Of a stretch of DNA of 64,000 bases, positions 62,901-64,000 are shown piece by piece. Origin of the DNA: Heteronotia binoei (taxonomy: Eukaryota); assembly GCF_032191835.1 (NCBI RefSeq), contig NC_083227.1, forward strand, positions 76,508,001 to 76,572,000, in the 5' to 3' direction. Within the stretch, counting starts at the first letter, position 1; the number at the start of each line of letters is the position of its first letter. The translations under genes were made by a program, and so were the position numbers. The notes beneath the pieces are model-generated. The model saw nothing but the letters and a program-made list of their open reading frames with translations, was not told where the DNA came from and did no database searches.

Positions 62901-63455
62901 GTTGCAAAGCCAGAAAAACAGAAAATGGTGGAATCTTGATTTCATTTGTATACTGTTCCATTGACTTGGCTTAATTTACTGTTATTACTTGGCTAAAAAC
63001 CAGCATTGACTACTGAAATTTTAATTTACTGGCAACTAATCTTGTATGCTTTCCTTGATTCTTTCAACAATATCACATGGATTGGCAAATATCCTGTTGC
63101 TGTCCTGTGAAACATCAAATATACAGAGCCACACACAGAGCCAAGCTGAATGGAAAATTTAAGGTCAAACAGGATCATATATTAAAGTTTGGCTGTCAGG
63201 CTGCCACCAAAAATTGCAATAATGATTTCCTTCTGGCAGTTTTTGTGGTGCTATGTTGGTAAAGGATGGGTAAATGTGCAGCTTTATGCCCTTTGTTGCC
63301 AGGTGAAATAGTGGAGGGGATAGGGGAGAGATAGGTTGTGCCCGTGCAGACATCTAGTCTGGATGCAAGCCAAGATAACGAAATGCAGAAACAAGAAATG
63401 CTTGTGGTCAGCAGACAATGATGACTAGAATGTTTTTATTAACTTTGTGTTCCAG

Positions 63456-63545
63456 ATTAGCAACTATTGTCAGATTAGGAGCTCGGCACTGGAGGCACCA
63501 TCCATTTCTCAGGATGTGATATTAAAAGATAAGGAGTACACTTAA
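63456..63545 (+). CDS. Candidate terminal exon (ISNYCQIRSSALEAPSISQDVILKDKEYT*)
   Basis: Acceptor ...ttattaactttgtgttccag; phase 0 is compatible with the 62217 exon. No independent support. Confidence 0.25.
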   Translation: MSNYCQIRSSALEAPSISQDVILKDKEYT

Positions 63546-64000
63546 GAGAATACAGCAATCCTGAGATTCAGGATTCAGGAGATAACTTTTAGAAGAAGGG
63601 TTTTATGGAACTCACCTGACGTTGTGCCCATGGGAAGCCTACTAAAGGAAGTAGAGTGTGTTGACAGGATAGGCCTTGGTCCAAGTACCACAGGAGGGGT
63701 GCTGTTGTATGAAAGAAACAAAAAAAGGGATCCACTAGCACAGGGGAAAACAGCAACAGCTTTGTAGACAAAGTAGCATTTTTAATTACTCAAGGGAAAA
63801 TTGCAGTTGAACTATGTCAGTGTCTCATTCTGTTATGCAGCCTTATCTTGATAAAAGGTTATGAAATATACATAAGGCACAATATTGTACTCTATCAGTC
63901 TATCAAATGACTGAGAAATCTAACTGCTTTTTGTACTTGTAAAGCAATTTTTCTCTTGAGAGAACTTGGTGCTTGAAATGCAGTGGGAGTTAAGATTTTC

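Noticed and set aside
62608-62961. Poly-Asp and poly-Met ORFs
   Set aside because: They are translations of the (ATC)20 microsatellite plus a SINE on the opposite strand.
63616-63701. Minus-strand 86-nt exon-like unit with a strong donor (CAG|gtgagt)
   Set aside because: It could not be chained in phase to other minus-strand exons and overlaps the region downstream of the plus-strand candidate; left unresolved.
1-64000. CRISPR arrays, operons, prophage or other prokaryotic systems
   Set aside because: The window is eukaryotic repeat-rich DNA with no regularly spaced repeat-spacer arrays or gene-dense operon structure.

Overview
Vertebrate genomic DNA from a squamate reptile, probably a gecko (inferred from Sauria/Squam-type SINEs, reptile CR1/L2/L1/Penelope elements and hAT MITEs). 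There are no prokaryote-type features, and most entries in the ORF track are chance ORFs or pieces of decayed retroelements. Main recognisable contents: a 5' L1 portion (1-3045, minus); a full-length decayed chromoviral Ty3/Gypsy (Sushi/PEG10-like) LTR retrotransposon (6335-12063) that retains a self-priming signal and a -1 frameshift signal; many SINEs and hAT MITEs with intact TSDs; CR1, L2 and L1 fragments; and a class I (gamma/epsilon-like) endogenous retrovirus (55377-61489, TSD GAGG, tRNA-Gly PBS). The ERV is the most unusual object. It has no recognisable gag. In its place are orphan Trp-rich ORFs and a single-pass membrane micro-ORF, then a 33-bp perfect inverted repeat enclosing a copy of 5' LTR sequence, then an env-SU fragment lying upstream of pol/integrase. 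Several well-formed splice-site pairs suggest exons of a plus-strand host gene that I could not identify. All family assignments come from motif recognition by eye, not database searches.
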